DNA of 64,000 nt from an uncultured Gammaproteobacteria bacterium (GTDB lineage: Bacteria > Patescibacteriota > Microgenomatia > 2-02-FULL-39-11), in assembly GCA_964354025.1 (NCBI GenBank), contig CAYGXQ010000001.1, positions 5,963 through 69,962 on the forward strand, written 5' to 3'. A model generated the notes under the pieces. The model saw nothing but the letters and a program-made list of their open reading frames with translations. It made no database searches and was not told the DNA's origin. This document shows positions 63,195 through 64,000 of the stretch, piece by piece (within the stretch, counting starts at the first letter, position 1; every line of letters starts with the position of its first letter). The translations under genes were made by a program, and so were the position numbers.

Positions 63195-64000
63195 TTAACT
63201 TTTTCTTTCTTGAGCGAAGGGAGAGACTGTCAGAGATAATGGTTGGGGAACAATTACCGCCTGTCCTATACCATGTGATAAAAGAGAGTCATTTTGTGAA
63301 AGTTTGTATGCTTTGCCGATCATATCCACTGTATGTAATGATGACCGAAATCGCATACCGTTGTCTGGAGAAACCGTTTGACCTATTCCGTAGACCTTAA
63401 GAAGAAAATCAGTTAATGTTCTGGTATAACCAACTCCTCCACCAGGAAATTGCCAAATTTGTGGAGGATTTCCGTTCGCTTGCCGAAGTAATAAATATGG
63501 TTCATGTACTTCACTACCGGTAAAAATTTCCAATGAACCTCTGTCACCGGTGAGTCGAATACCATAATAGGTCGTCTCAAGTCCCTTCCCGCCATCAAAT
63601 AAGACCGTAATATTGCCTATGTGTCCTTTTAACCAAAGATAGGTTTCTAAATTTCCAGGAGCAGGGGTATTATCAGACTGTTGATAGCGTGCTAAGACAG
63701 CTTGATCAACCGTAGCACGTAATTTATTTCCTGATAATTGCGCGAAGAGAAATCCAAGATGCGCCGGGTGGACAACCATATCCATTCCCAAGCCTCCGCC
63801 ACTCTTATTTCTATCTGCAACCAACCATTCTCTTCCCTCTTCAATCGGCCAGCGTTCGATACATCTTCCTTCAATTTGCGAGAGAGTGCCAATCTTTTCA
63901 TAAAGTTTTTCCTGAATAGTATATCGAAGAGCATCACTGTCGGCAAAAAAGTCAATGGGCACAAGACGGTCTTTATTTCCTTGGAATAGTTGGACCATAG
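63195..64000 (-). CDS. Probably 5'-truncated Gfo/Idh/MocA-like oxidoreductase
   Basis: SGGGLGMDMVVH motif and G.RGSL C-terminal domain; ORF reaches the window edge. Confidence 0.65.
   Translation of the reverse strand, partial: MVQLFQGNKDRLVPIDFFADSDALRYTIQEKLYEKIGTLSQIEGRCIERWPIEEGREWLVADRNKSGGGLGMDMVVHPAHLGFLFAQLSGNKLRATVDQAVLARYQQSDNTPAPGNLETYLWLKGHIGNITVLFDGGKGLETTYYGIRLTGDRGSLEIFTGSEVHEPYLLLRQANGNPPQIWQFPGGGVGYTRTLTDFLLKVYGIGQTVSPDNGMRFRSSLHTVDMIGKAYKLSQNDSLLSHGIGQAVIVPQPLSLTVSPFAQERKS

Noticed and set aside
1-64000. Alternative genetic code (UGA read-through)
   Set aside because: Conserved genes end at TGA at expected positions and long ORFs are intact under code 11

Overview
Chromosomal window from a small-genome bacterium, inferred to be Patescibacteria/CPR (Microgenomates-like) from its VirB2-type pilin array, AAA_14/DUF4143 ATPases, archaeal-type mevalonate operon, form III-like RuBisCO and CCA-less tRNA genes; TGA is used as stop. 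It contains smpB-ssrA, comF, three type II TA modules, two Fic proteins, six intact tRNAs plus one interrupted tRNA, eno, a minimal [FeFe]-hydrogenase-like protein, epmA, RuBisCO plus a hexokinase-like gene, a 1324-aa orphan, six pilins plus a VirB6-like gene, an ECF sigma-led mevalonate/polyprenyl operon and a his operon lacking hisA. The strongest unannotated signal is a His-specific T-box riboswitch (ultrashort stem I with CAC specifier, UGGG-ACC bulge, intrinsic terminator) whose first downstream gene is tRNA-His itself, followed 7 nt later by hisG. Other highlights are a complete tRNA-Arg(CCG) nested in the anticodon arm of a second tRNA, a 30-aa tmRNA tag, and heptamer arrays and REP-like hairpins inserted in frame in enzymes. 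All calls come from manual motif reading; no searches were run, and hand-counted coordinates may be off by 1-2 nt.
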